From assembly GCA_002269645.1 (NCBI GenBank), contig NIVC01002444.1, forward strand, positions 62,001 to 126,000: 64,000 nt of DNA, written 5' to 3'. Positions 51,283 to 63,751 of this stretch are shown here, in pieces (position 1 is the first letter of the stretch; the number at the start of each line of letters is the position of its first letter). A program made the position numbers and the translations under genes. Below the pieces are notes generated by a model. The model did not search any database. It worked only from the letters and a program-made list of their open reading frames with translations, and had not been told where the DNA came from. Origin of the DNA: Macrostomum lignano. Lineage: Eukaryota.

Positions 51283-53507
51283 TTAATCCATGAACTTGCG
51301 GTTGGGATTGCCGCCAAAAAGAATGTAACGCAGCTCGGGCACCATCTGCGCGCTGATCTGCTCCAGACGGCTCTCCAAGTTGTTACACACTCGAATTTTG
51401 CCAGCCCGACCGATTACATCAACGCCGCCAACTGAGTCTGGCGGCAGGAAATTCTGCTTATCAACCTGCAGTTTCACTGGCCGGCCGGTCTCACGCTTGT
51501 ACCGATCGGCTGCCGCGCCCATCACGCGCTCGACTAGGTGAACATCGGCCTGGCGACAGCGGAGCACCGCCTCGGGTTCTAGCAGTTGGAACAGGCCCTG
51601 AGTAACCAGGCCCTCCATTAGCTGGGCGTATCTGGGCGGGCGGGTGTAGTTTATGAGTTTATAGCAAGTCATAGAACAGAGCATTTATACATTGTTATTA
51701 CTATAGATAAGGGTGGATCTGAAGCTCACGCCCCCCCCCCCAAGGCACACAGATCGTACAAGCGTGACGAAGAGAAATTCCGGGCCAAGAAACATCCCAG
51801 AGTCACTTTAATCGTCCCAGAGTCACTTTAATCGTCCCAGAGTCACTTTAATCGTCCCAGAGTCACTTTCATCGTCCCAGAGTCACTTTCATCGTCCCAG
51901 ATGTCACTTTCATCGTCCCAGATGACACTTTCATCGTCCCAGAGTCACTTTCATCGTCCCAGAGTCACTTTCATCGTCCCAGAGTCACTTTCATCGTCCC
52001 AGAGTCACTTTCATCGTCCCAGATGTCACTTTCATCGTCCCAGATGTCACTTTCATCGTCCCAGAGTCACTTTCATCGTCCCAGATTCACTTTCATCGTC
52101 CCAGAGTCACTTTCATCGTCCCAGATGTCACTTTCATCGTCCCAGAGTCACTTTCATCGTCCCAGATGTCACTTTCATCGTCCCAGAGTCACTTTCAGCG
52201 TCCCAGAGTCACTTTCAGCGTCCCAGAGTCACTTTCATCGTCCCAGAGTCACTTTCAGCGTCCCAGAGTCACTTTCATCGTCCCAGAGTCACTTTCATCG
52301 TCCCAGAGTCACTTTCATCGTCCCAGAGTCACTTTCATCGTCCCAGAGTCACTTTCATCGTCCCAGATGTCACTTTCAGCGTCCCAGAGTCACTTTCATC
52401 GTCCCAGAGTCACTTTCATCGTCCCAGAGTCACTTTCATCGTCCCAGAGTCACTTTCAGCGTCCCAGAGTCACTTTCAGCGTCCCAGAGTCACTTTCATC
52501 GTCCCAGAGTCACTTTCAGCGTCCCAGAGTCACTTTCAGCGTCCCAGAGTCACTTTCATCGTCCCAGAGTCACTTTCATCGTCCCAGAGTCACTTTCATC
52601 GTCCCAGAGTCACTTTCAGCGTCCCAGAGTCACTTTCAGCGTCCCAGAGTCACTTTCATCGTCCCAGAGTCACTTTCAGCGTCCCAGAGTCACTTTCAGC
52701 GTCCCAGAGTCACTTTCATCGTCCCAGAGTCACTTTCAGCGTCCCAGAGTCACTTTCATCGTCCCAGAGTCACTTTCATCGTCCCAGAGTCACTTTCATC
52801 GTCCCAGAGTCACTGTCATCGTCCCAGATTTCACGGTAACAAGTCGCCAAAAAGTGGCCTAAGAGTCAATTTGAGGCGTTTTATTGTCCATAGAGTCGTA
52901 TCTGAGGCGTGCTGGAGTCGTTGTAGAATCACTGAGTTGCGTCTAAAGCGCCTCTCTGTTGACCGTCGCATTACAGTCGTTTGAGTCGTTAAAAAGTTGC
53001 AAGAGTTGCCCTTAGAGTCGCTAGAGAGTTGTTTGCAATGACTTTTTTGGCGATTCTTGTCACGGTAATGTTTTCAACGTATTGATTTGGGCCCAAAGTG
53101 TCAAAAACCAACTAACAGGAAAGTTCCATACCAAATTTCAAGCGCAAGCAGTTTACCCAAGCTTACTTTCCCTGGTCCTTGACAATCTCCCGCAGGCGCT
53201 GCGTGGTCTCAGTCAGAACGTCGCGCAGGTGCTGATCGCGCGCCTTCAGCACCCGCAGTCGGCCGTCGTTTTTCATATTGGAGTGCTGAATCTTCTTCTG
53301 CAACTCAGTCTGCTTCTCCTTTTTGCCATAGAATTCTAGGATCTTGACGCGTTCCTGCTGAACTAGACGCGACTTTTCAATGTTGAACTCTTCCTCGGCC
53401 TTGTTGTCAATCTCTTCTTTCTTCTCGTTGGCCTCCTGCTCGATGAAGGCCATCATCTGCTTGATCTGGCGTTCCACATCCGCGTCGCTTAAACCGCTAC
53501 CGGACAT
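51283..53507 (-). CDS. ATP6V1E1: V-type proton ATPase subunit E, 229 aa
   Basis: Exons 53507..53167 and 51631..51283 (phase 2, AA|gtaagc ... cccag|A); motifs [52 protein letters not shown]. Confidence 0.96.
51797..52828. repeat. 20-bp minisatellite (gtcccagagtcactttcatc) in V-ATPase E intron
   Basis: About 51 units. Confidence 0.95.
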
Positions 53508-53644
53508 TTTTCTAGCTTAGTAGATTAGATTAAATTACAACTGATTAATTACGACAGGCCTGTGGGACTTCCCAGTCATGCAAATTGTTTGATTAGCGAT
53601 GGTGTTAACACGACGGCATTAACAGACACTCTATTCACCTAGCA

Positions 53645-53670
53645 ATCTATCTACCTACCTATATACCTAC

Positions 53671-53753
<83 letters not shown>

Positions 53754-53782
53754 CGTATCTATCAATCAATCTATCTATCTAC

Positions 53783-53881
<99 letters not shown>

Positions 53882-53987
53882 CGTATCTATCAATCTATCT
53901 ATCTATCTATCTATCTATCTATACCTATCTATCTACCTATCTTACCTATCTATCTACCTATCTTACCTATCTACCTATCTTACCTAT
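53645..53987. repeat. (TATC)n microsatellite
   Basis: Long tetranucleotide run. Confidence 0.95.
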
Positions 53988-54366
53988 CGATATTATATAC
54001 ATATTGAAATACGCAGCTTGCGGCGTAATTGAAGGCCAGCTGTCAGCTGAATGATAAATTAAATTGAGCACCGATTCACTCTGAATAGAAACTGCGCAGT
54101 GTTCGGAGTTCCGACACCCCACAATTCAAAGGATTTACAACTAGAAAAGGCTTAAAACAGCAAATAACTAAGACATAAGCCAGTTTTTTAATCCACGTAG
54201 CAGCATCGAGCGCGCGCACGGAGCAGAGCTTGCAGGCAGAGCAGCAGAGTAAAGATTTATCAATCAACTTATCGCAATCATCTGGCCACAAGTTGAGTCA
54301 ATCGGTCTCTTGGTGTAGCATATAGCTAAATTATATCTTGGCCTAGGTTCAGCCTATATTGGGACT

Positions 54367-54786
54367 TTAGCGAGGTCCCTGTGGACGGGCAGCGAATCCG
54401 CCGGCTCCCTGCGGGCCGCGGCCGCCCTGAGCGCCACCGGGGCCGCCTGCGCCCTGGTCCGGCCGGCTTGGGCCGCCAAAGCGGGGCGGCGGCGTGCGGT
54501 CCTTGCGGGCCTCGTGCGATCGGTTGCGCACCACCTTGGAGTGGATGGCGCAGCTGACGCAGTACTGCAGCTTGGCGTACAGCTTCGGCAGAGCGTAGGT
54601 GTTGGCCTCGTACACGGAGTTCTCGTTGATGTCGCGAACGGCGGCGGCTTCAACAATATTGCGGATGATGAACTTTTTAATTGATTTGTCCTTGGGCGTG
54701 CACCGGCCGCAGTTGGTGCAGCGGACAATGCGGACGTGGCCGCGGCCCTTCTTGCTCCGTCCGTGATTGCGTCGCTTAACAGTCAT
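54367..54786 (-). CDS. RPS26: 40S ribosomal protein S26 (eS26), 139 aa, with Gly-rich C-terminal extension
   Basis: [55 protein letters not shown]; single coding exon, acceptor at 54804. Confidence 0.97.
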   Translation of the reverse strand: MTVKRRNHGRSKKGRGHVRIVRCTNCGRCTPKDKSIKKFIIRNIVEAAAVRDINENSVYEANTYALPKLYAKLQYCVSCAIHSKVVRNRSHEARKDRTPPPRFGGPSRPDQGAGGPGGAQGGRGPQGAGGFAARPQGPR

Positions 54787-55004
54787 GCTGTGTACTCTGC
54801 TGGCTGAGGGGAATATAATTAATCAATTATAGGAAATTAGCTACTTAACTTAACAGCTTCTCATAATGTCGATTATTCATTTTAAGTTCTAGATTTCAGT
54901 AGATGCTCCTGCATTTATTATTCTAAAGACTGACCATATATTAAAATTTTTGTGATAATTACCATGTTTTTTATTATCAAAGCTCATCAGGCTATACAAG
55001 CTAG

Positions 55005-55180
55005 CATGCTTGGGTGCAACCTTGGGATTCACCCGGCCGTTTCTATTGGCAACACACACACACACATGTAAGTCGCTATTGGACGGAATAGTAGTCACGT
55101 GACTGCTCTCAGCCAATAGCGACTTACATGTGTGTTGCCAATAGAAACGGCCGGGTGATTCCCAAGGTTGCGCATGTATG
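55005..55180. mobile_element. Palindromic hAT-like MITE upstream of RPS26
   Basis: Roughly 60-bp inverted arms (55016-55082 and 55113-55171), central AGTCACGTGACT palindrome, 8-bp direct repeat CAAGCTAG at 54997-55004 and 55181-55188. Confidence 0.65.
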
Positions 55181-57189
55181 CAAGCTAGAATGAGCCCTAA
55201 AAATAGATAAGCAGGCACTGTTTTATGGGGGTTCTAGTTGTAGGCTATATATATGTACTTCAAGCTAGAATATTCAAAGACAACTTACATTGATATTAAT
55301 AAATATAATCAGATAAAAAAATGCCAAAAATTTAATTTACTTTTTTTCTTTACAATTTTTTAACCTTAATTCTTTTAAATAATTAAAAAGTTGCTAATTA
55401 TACAAGTTAATTTGATTTTTTTTTCAAATTACAAGCTATGTGCCTTTAGATTTATAATCTCCTAAATTAGATTATTAATCTCCTAAAGTAGAGATTTTAA
55501 TAATCTAATAATATTTTTTTAATAAATTACATAAAATTTAATGCACTGTCTTGCTTTGGCAGTGAGAGTTAAAGGTGCTGTTTTATGGGGTCACATGCAA
55601 TAGACAGTTTGATTTGATGCATTTATATATTATATAGTGGATATAATAATTTTGGAGCCCAGTTCAAGGCAAAAAACTGAGATTCTAGCAAAGCTTATGG
55701 TGCCAATAAAGCCCAGATCAAGGCAAAAAAACTATGAGTCCAACAAAGCTAATGGTGTCAGTGGAGCCTAGTTTGAAGTTAAAAACAAGAAAAAATAGTT
55801 TTCTTAGGAAAAAAGAAAATGAATACTTTGTTGCCAATAATAGTATCAAGTTATAGTAGCAACTATAACTATAATAATCTAACTATACAACTATATATAT
55901 ATAATACAACTATAATAATCTAATTTTCAGTTTAGATCTATGGCATACCTGTCATAGTTTGGATCATGTATTTAGTATACACTATGTTTGTACACCGAGA
56001 CCTTGTTTGTATGCCAATACAAAAAAATTGTCATTTAATACAATGTATTTACTATGTCATGTATGCTGGGATATATCTTGATGTATGCTGAAAATGGTAG
56101 GACCTGTTATACACTAGGAAATCTAGGCATATATGTTGCTTTCCAAATTATGGCATACCTGTGACTATATTTGTTAGGTTTTAGGATCAAAGAAGTGACT
56201 TTACATATGATAAAATATACTATATGCAACACAATAAACATGGATTCATAGAACAAAGAATAAAAGAAACAATTTTAAACTTTGTTCGCTAAAAAACTCT
56301 TTTTTTTCTTAATTTTTAGCAAAAAAGTATTTAAAGTACTTTTTAATAATTGTTATTTCTTAGTACATATTGCAAAACTGCAACTAAAGTTTGTTATTTT
56401 GCAAAAATAATAAATTCAAGAATGAAAAAGTGTACAACTTTGATAAACAAAGTTAATAACAATTTTTTGTCTTGGGCTACAAATGTAGTTCTGTATCCCC
56501 CCCACTAGACTTGGTATATACTAATAATATATATTCAAACTATAGCCTATAGCCTATGGTTCCTAGACACTTCGTCACCCACTTTTTGTATGAAAAACTT
56601 TGCTATATGTAACATGTATACTTGTAACATGTATACTTATACATGCAACTATATAACTATATAAAGATAAACATTAAACATTAAACATGTATATGTATCT
56701 ACATATAGTCGCCCTCCTCCTTTCACATTCTAGGCTTGGGATTGACCAGACAATGGCAGAGTCACAACCCATAAAGATAATTGTTAAATACCATAATTTG
56801 TAGCTACATGTAGGCACAAAGATCAAAAAGTTCACAAAGCACAAAGAGAATAGCATTAAGACCTATACATTTAATTACTGCAGAATTAATTCGATCTGTT
56901 CCTTCCAAATCCATCTAAATCTCTAATATTTGTTTGTTTGTTTGTTTGTTTGTCTATAATGCTCTAGAGCTTGCAATTCTTCACCAATTTTGATCGCATT
57001 TTTACCAAAAGATTCAAAATTGTCTGGAAAGAAGACAGTTAAAATCTCTTTAATCTGCTTCTAGTGTTGGGCACCATTAATGAAAATCTTAACTTCCATT
57101 AATGGAAAAAGCGTTAGCATTAAAACAAAAAATCCTAACTTATTAACTCTTAATTTCATTAAAGTTAACTGAAAATTAACTGATAATCG

Positions 57190-57725
57190 GCTGGACAGCT
57201 GGCGGCTCTACTGCTGCTGGACAGCTGGCGGCTCTACTGCTGCTGGACAGCTGGTGGCTGGAAGCTCTACCTGCTGCTGGATGGCTGGCAGCTCTACCTG
57301 CTGCTGGATGGCTGGCGGCTCTATTGCTGCTAGATGGCTGGTGGCTCTATCTGCAGCTGGGCAGCTGGCAGCTCTACCTGCATCTAGGCGGCTGGTGGCT
57401 CTACTTGCTGCTGGATGGCTGGTGGCTCTACCTGTGGCTGGCAGCTGGACGGATGGCAGCTCTTCTGCAGCTGGATGGCTGGTGGCTCTACCTGCAGCTG
57501 GAGGCTCTACCTGCGGCTGGACAGCTGGTGGCTCTACCTGCAGCTGGATGGCTGGTGGCTCTACCTGTGGCTGGAGGCTCTACCTATGGCTGGATGGCTG
57601 GCGGCTCTACCTGTGGCTGGAGGCTCTACCTATGGCTGGATGGCTGGCGGCTCTACCTGCGGCTGGATGGCTGGCGGCTCTACCTGCGGCTGGATGGCTG
57701 GTGGCTCTACCTGCTGCTAGATGGC
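57190..57725. repeat. ~25-27-bp minisatellite (gctggatggctggcggctctacctgc)
   Basis: About 20 degenerate units. Confidence 0.88.
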
Positions 57726-58149
57726 TGGCAACTAGACAGCTAGCGGCTCACCTCGACAGCATGTGCAGCTCCATGGAAAGTTCCTTTGGCTAGACAGCTC
57801 TCGATATTCTTCCTTAGAAATTCCTATGCTGCAATGCAGACAACAGTGCTGCCATTGCTGACAAATGTCACATTGAAGCGTTTGCTATTTTTTGCTAACT
57901 GGCTCATGGCAAAAATGCAAATGTCTACCATTTTTACTTATAAAGTAGCTGTTTTTTATATGTATTTGCTTCTCATATGTGATTTCATGCACTATATTTA
58001 TAATAAAATTCTGGGTCGGAGTAGGCTGGCCACTTTAGTCTTGAGGGGTAAAGTGACCATCTCTACACCTGCACCTTTCTTGGATCAACCACTGTGGTTA
58101 GTTGGTTGGAGAATTGGCATGTTGCACTCATAGACACAAATGCATGTAT

Positions 58150-58512
58150 TAGAGGTCGGACGGGATTGAAATCTTCAAGTGGGATTGGGATCAGGATTCA
58201 GGAATCGGGATCAGGTCTTTTAGTGTATTGTCTATATAAAGTTAAACAAAATTGAGAAAAGATTGTCAAGATCAAGAAGTAAAACACAACAAAATTGATA
58301 TGAAGTTTTGTAACCAACAAAGTAAATAATGTAACAAGTATAAGTTAAAGCAAAATACCTTCAAGTAATCACTAATTCTATAAATTATTAATCGAAAGAC
58401 CTGTTCTCTAATCTCGAATTTTTTAGGGTCAGGATTCTGGTCCCACGGGAATTCAATTTTCCTTGGGATCTCGAGATTTCGGGATTGGGATTGGGATCCC
58501 ATCCGACCTCTA
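58150..58512. mobile_element. hAT-superfamily MITE
   Basis: 17-bp TIR TAGAGGTCGGA(C/T)GGGAT, subterminal gggat(t/c) repeats, perfect 8-bp TSD GCATGTAT (58142-58149 and 58513-58520). Confidence 0.85.
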
Positions 58513-60318
58513 GCATGTATGGCTTAGCAGATTTAGGGGGTGAAAATGCTCTAGCTTAGACTGTATGCATATAAAGGGTTGGTTAAATCCCTGCAAGTGG
58601 AGCAAGGAGAAATCCATTATATAACATCACTCTAGCTTGGATTGTATAGGGTTGTGATTCAAGGGTTGGTTAAGTCCCTGTAGGTAGAGCAAGGAAAATC
58701 CATGGCCACATACTTTGTTGCCTCCTGGGTTATAGAAGTGATAATGCCAATTTTAGGCTTTAGCAAGGAAGCAAAAATAATTATTAGAGCTTGGCAAGTT
58801 TGAACATATAATAAAATTACAATGAGCATTAGTATCCACATGTATGTACTTATACATTAAAGTGTGCATATGCAAATTGCATATACATTGTATATATTAG
58901 ATGCCAATTATAGCAACAAGTTGAATCTCTAAGTGTGTATTTAATATATCCTATATTTTACAGACGAAATTAATTGAGTAACAATTTATAACAACAACAA
59001 TCGAATATCAATTTACAGCCTTGCTAAATCTTAGGATGACAAAGTGTCCTTAAAATTTGGTCACTTTGTCATTTAGATTTAGTAACAATTTTTTGATATG
59101 ACAAAGTGTCCAAAAACCATGGTCAGTTCATTAGCGAGATGACGAAGTGGTTAGATGACGAAGTGTCCAAGAGCTATAGCCTATAGGGTGCCACTGTTAG
59201 GGTCTACTTTTGTAACAATTGGGTTTATAATAAAATATCACTTTATTGCACAAATCAAAGAGATATGCCATATTTTATGGGGTCAATGATTAAATATGGA
59301 ATTATCTATTGTATTGTTATTGTTAGAAATAAAGTATTCTATAGGCCCTTTAGAATATATCATTCTTAGATTAGATACAAAACTTATAAAGAAAGCCATG
59401 AAGATAGCAAATTCCTATATGCCAATACAATGGTATGCACAAAAGACAAAACATTTAAAAGATAATGCAAAGCATTTCTTCAAGACAAATATGGCATTGG
59501 TAGGCCCTAACTCAAAATGAAAGGCAATGATGTTGTTTTTGGTTCCAACCAAAGGTCTAAAAATTTCTGCCACATTAACATATTTATAAAAAGACTATCT
59601 GATATAGTGTTTTCATTCAAAGTACAATACTCTAGTTTATAAAATATTGTCTTTTATATCTACAATGGGGTTCAAAAAGTTTTGTCATTCAGCCATTTTA
59701 AAAACTTTTTTGATTTTCAAAGCACTGTGTAAAGACAAAAGTGCTTATAATATGGAATATATAGGGTATGCTTATATAGTGTTTTCTTTCCATGCCTTTT
59801 AAAATATTTTTTGCACAAAGCCTAAGCACCTCTCTGGATTTTTAGCAAAATGGATAAGTAGAAGTACTGAGCACTCAACACATTTTTTCACCTTGAAAAG
59901 GCTAAAATCAATAGCGATTGAAAAGAAGGAGAATGTTTAAGCAGTAATTAAATAAATAACTAATATGTAGGTAAAATGCTAAAAAAACTTAAGATCATAT
60001 TAACATCGACAATAAATATTATTAACATTTACCAACTGTTTCTGCCCCGACGTACAACTAGTGTTTAAGACGAAGTTAAAAATGAATACTCATTAAACTT
60101 AAATTTGCGGTAAAAAGCAGCGATAAAACAATTTTTAATAGGTAAAATCTAAATTGCAATACATATCAATGTATATTATTTGCTGTATTTTTGTAACAGC
60201 ATTAAAACTTCAAAATTATAAAATTCTAATTATTTTTTTTAAATTTAAAAAATGCAAAACTACGTAAGTTTACTCTGCTTCTGCTTTCATGCCTTTCAAC
60301 CTCAGTGTGCACTCTGTC

Positions 60319-60796
60319 GGGTCCATGAGATTTGCCCGCAGACGAATTGCCCGCCGAGATTTGCCTGCAGGAGATTTGCCCGCCGAGATTTGCCCGCAGT
60401 GCAATTTGTGAATTGCCCGCGAGTTAATTGCCTGCCGAGTTTTTCCCGCCGAGGTTTATTGCCCGCAATGCTCTTTTCCTGCAGCGCATTTGGCAGGTAG
60501 ATTCTGTCTGCATCCCCCCCCCCGCCCCCCAAAAAATATGCCATTTGATGCAGTTACTATCGAAACGTTTTGATCGTGTAAATCTTTGTATTAAGACTTA
60601 CTAACCATTGGGGTGGCATGATGCAGACAAATCTGCCTCGTGGCGGGCAAATCACCACGGGCAATTTGCTCACGGACAAAATGCACTGCGGGCAAATCTC
60701 GGCGGGAAAAGCTCGGCGGGCTAATCTCGACGGGCAAATCTCCTGCGGGCAAATCTCGGCGGGCAATTTGTCTGCGGGCCGCATTCTCGTGCTCCC
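60319..60796. mobile_element. Mutator/Foldback-like non-autonomous element
   Basis: Long imperfect TIRs built of gagatttgcccgc subrepeats, GGG...CCC termini, perfect 9-bp TSD CACTCTGTC (60310-60318 and 60797-60805). Confidence 0.8.
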
Positions 60797-61495
60797 CACT
60801 CTGTCTGCCTTAATTTAAACAAACTCTTTTTCGGTCAATGTCTAGTTAACTTATTTTATTTACATTTGGTTGTTTGTTTTCAGTTTAGTACTGTAACTGT
60901 TTTAAAACCGATTTTAAAATTAAAGCAAAAAATAAGAAGAACTGCTTATTATAGGATTTTTTCCTTATTTTGTGTATTTGTTAATTCTTCAGAAATTCCC
61001 ATCACGATATCTGTACATCAAATTATATAGAGTGATAGTGTCGTTTAATTTACTATCCGCAACTTATTAGAGTTCATTACATCTTTAACAACCAATCGGC
61101 GCAATATAAATTTCAACTCTTGATTTACGAGACTACATGTACTTGTAGAATTGTACTTTGTCATATACATGTACTTGTACTTGGATTCAATTTATTGAAT
61201 TGAATAATCACCAATTTACACGTAGCTATATTTTTTTCTTCTGAAATGCTATAAAGCGAAGTTTTCGAATACTTTTCTCAAATACCTTGAAAATTATAAT
61301 TAGCTCTGCCAAATAAGTCGCTGATCAAAGCACTGCACTTGGAGCTACATATTCTGGCAAATGAAAAAGGCATCCTTACTTACTGGTTAGTATGTACAGT
61401 AAGTGCGAGAATGCACGCGATTTTGGTGCAAAAAAACACACAACTGCAATTACACCTCTTAGAAATAATGAAACTATACCGGTATTCTGCAGGTT

Positions 61496-62932
61496 CTAGA
61501 GCTCGGACCTAACGCCCTCAAACTTGTTAGGCCGTTTCTCGGCGTAGAATTTCTCAGCTGCGCGAACAAACGCGCGCACCTCCGAGTTCATTAAGTCGGG
61601 CAGTTCGAAAGCGGCAAAGTGACCGCCGTAGTCGAAATCAGCGTAGTGCAACAAGTTCGGATTGGTGACCCGGACGAAGCGTTCAGGAACACGGGAGAGC
61701 TCGTGGGCCAGGCAAGTCACTCCATACGGCACGTCGGATGGCATTGATTGATAAGCTGAGGTAGCTTCCATGTCGCTGCCGAACGACTCCTTGTAAAGCC
61801 GCATGGACGAAGTGATGCTGCCAGTGGTCCAGTAGATCATTACATTAGTCAGAAGCTCGTTCAGGCTGAATGTCGCCTTCAAGCCGACTAGGTTGCCATT
61901 TTCGGCAAAAAGATTCTCTGGCAAAGTCCACACGCTGAATTTTTCAATGATGTAGGCAGCCAGGCCCACTGGTGAGTCTGACAGGGCGTGGCCTACTGAG
62001 TCTGGTCGAGTCGAGTGTAGATGCATGTGCCCCGACTCTCGAATCGTGTTGCCGAAATTCTCCAGGTAAGGGAAGAGCTTGCCACAGTCCAGCCTGCTGA
62101 ACAGGACACCTTCTGGCAGGAATGATCCCAGAATCGTCTGGATCATTATCGACGGCTGACGAACGGGCTGAACAGGCATATTTGTATGAAAGCCGAGCAC
62201 TCGCTCCGGAAACAATCGAGGCATCACGTGACCGATGACGCTGCCGAAATCACCGGCTTGGATGTAATACTGGCGATACCCGAGCCTGACCATCAGCTTG
62301 TCGAACACTCGAGCACAGGCAGCGGCACTGAAGCCTCGCTTCTTCGCCGCTTCGGACCACCCGTATCCCGGAATCGAGGGAGCTACAACTTCGAACGCCA
62401 ACCCGTCCGTATCTGGAGTCGTCAGCAGTGGAATCAGCTTGTAAAACTCGAACACTGACCCGGGCCAACCGTGCAAAATCAACAGAGGCACTCGCTTCTT
62501 CACCCCCTGCTTCGACGGTTTCAGGTGCATAAAGTGCACTTTTAGTCCTTCGATCCGAGTGAAATAGTTCGGAAAACTGTTCAGGCGATCCTCCCAGACT
62601 CGCCAGTTGTATTTGTTGAGCCAGTGAGACACCAGCTGCTTCATGAAGGCGCCGTTGAAGCCATACTCGAAGCCGGAGTTCTCGACCGGCTCCACAAACT
62701 TGAACGCTTTCAAGCGCGACCTTAAATCGTCGAGTGTTGCATTGCTGACAGACAGTCTTGTGGCTTCCACCGCTTCGCCGTCGCTGCTTGAGTCGCTCGA
62801 GGCACCCCAGTTGAGCGTGGCTGGCAGGGCCGGCTTATCCGGAGCTGCGAGATTGTCCAGGCAGCCGAGGCCCGCAAGAAGCACGAATGCCAGACAGGCA
62901 GTGCAGGCCAGTGGGAGCAGAGTGTTGCACAT
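61496..62932 (-). CDS. EPHX1: Microsomal epoxide hydrolase 1-like alpha/beta hydrolase, 478 aa, intronless
   Basis: N-terminal membrane anchor, YGFN/WLNKYNWR N-terminal EH domain, LHGWPGS oxyanion motif, GDFGS nucleophile elbow, DSPVGLAAYIIEKF, GGHFAAFE. Confidence 0.95.
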   Translation of the reverse strand: MCNTLLPLACTACLAFVLLAGLGCLDNLAAPDKPALPATLNWGASSDSSSDGEAVEATRLSVSNATLDDLRSRLKAFKFVEPVENSGFEYGFNGAFMKQLVSHWLNKYNWRVWEDRLNSFPNYFTRIEGLKVHFMHLKPSKQGVKKRVPLLILHGWPGSVFEFYKLIPLLTTPDTDGLAFEVVAPSIPGYGWSEAAKKRGFSAAACARVFDKLMVRLGYRQYYIQAGDFGSVIGHVMPRLFPERVLGFHTNMPVQPVRQPSIMIQTILGSFLPEGVLFSRLDCGKLFPYLENFGNTIRESGHMHLHSTRPDSVGHALSDSPVGLAAYIIEKFSVWTLPENLFAENGNLVGLKATFSLNELLTNVMIYWTTGSITSSMRLYKESFGSDMEATSAYQSMPSDVPYGVTCLAHELSRVPERFVRVTNPNLLHYADFDYGGHFAAFELPDLMNSEVRAFVRAAEKFYAEKRPNKFEGVRSEL

Positions 62933-63751
62933 TTTTACTCCAATGTCTCCAAAAGCGTTTCTCTGACTGAGGTTTTAAATGGAAGATTTTCGTATACAGC
63001 CTTCGTTCGTGCATTTGCATCAAACCCCCTCAACACAATTACGAGTACGAGGGTGCAGGCATGAAATCGGGGTGGGCAGATTGCCTTAGTCTGGATAGTA
63101 CTGTACTTTGCTCTAGTTGTCGGCTTGTGCAGTCTAGCCTTCTATCCTTTCCTGTTCCTATTTTACAGGGGTTTTGGGAACGTGCGAGTACTTTTTAAAC
63201 TCATGCTTAAAGCCAACTATCTGCCTCTTGTACGTGCGACTATCCACTGCCCAAGGCCCCTCCCAAGTTACTGTGTGCCAATAGTAGTGCTTTCGCTCAA
63301 TCGAGTAAAACATCAGGATGCACTTAGCAATTGCGCAAAACTTCATTGCATTTAGAGTCGCGGCGCATTGAGTTTTTGTGTCGTTTTTTCGTGTACTTTC
63401 TGAAACACACACATCACAATACGTTGTATATTATTGTGCAGTGAAGTAACACCGGTGCTATTTTACAAGTATACGTATATAAAGGAGTAAGAAGAAATTG
63501 CAGCAATGCAGGGTGAGTACACTTCTAGCGCACACAATAACTGTAAGATAGTACAGTGAGATAGCCAACCAAAAAGTAAAGCTCAGGGCCAAGTTGAGCT
63601 GTTATCTATCACTAAACAGAAAACTCTACTCACAAAAAGCAACACGCCCTATTTTAATCAGCCAAAACAGCGATTGAAGAAAGAGTTAAACAGAAAATCT
63701 TCCATTTAAAACCTCGGTCAGAGAAACGCTTTTGGAGACATTGGAGTAAAA

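Noticed and set aside
51901-52984. Three overlapping ~270-310-aa ORFs
   Set aside because: 20-bp array in the V-ATPase E intron, antisense and open in all three frames.
60030-60062. CTAG|T as a second Helitron 3' end
   Set aside because: No subterminal hairpin or matching 5' TC end found.
55600-61400. Short AT-rich ORFs of 60-115 aa
   Set aside because: Alternative start codons, no codon bias like the real genes, and overlap with TE relics or repeats.
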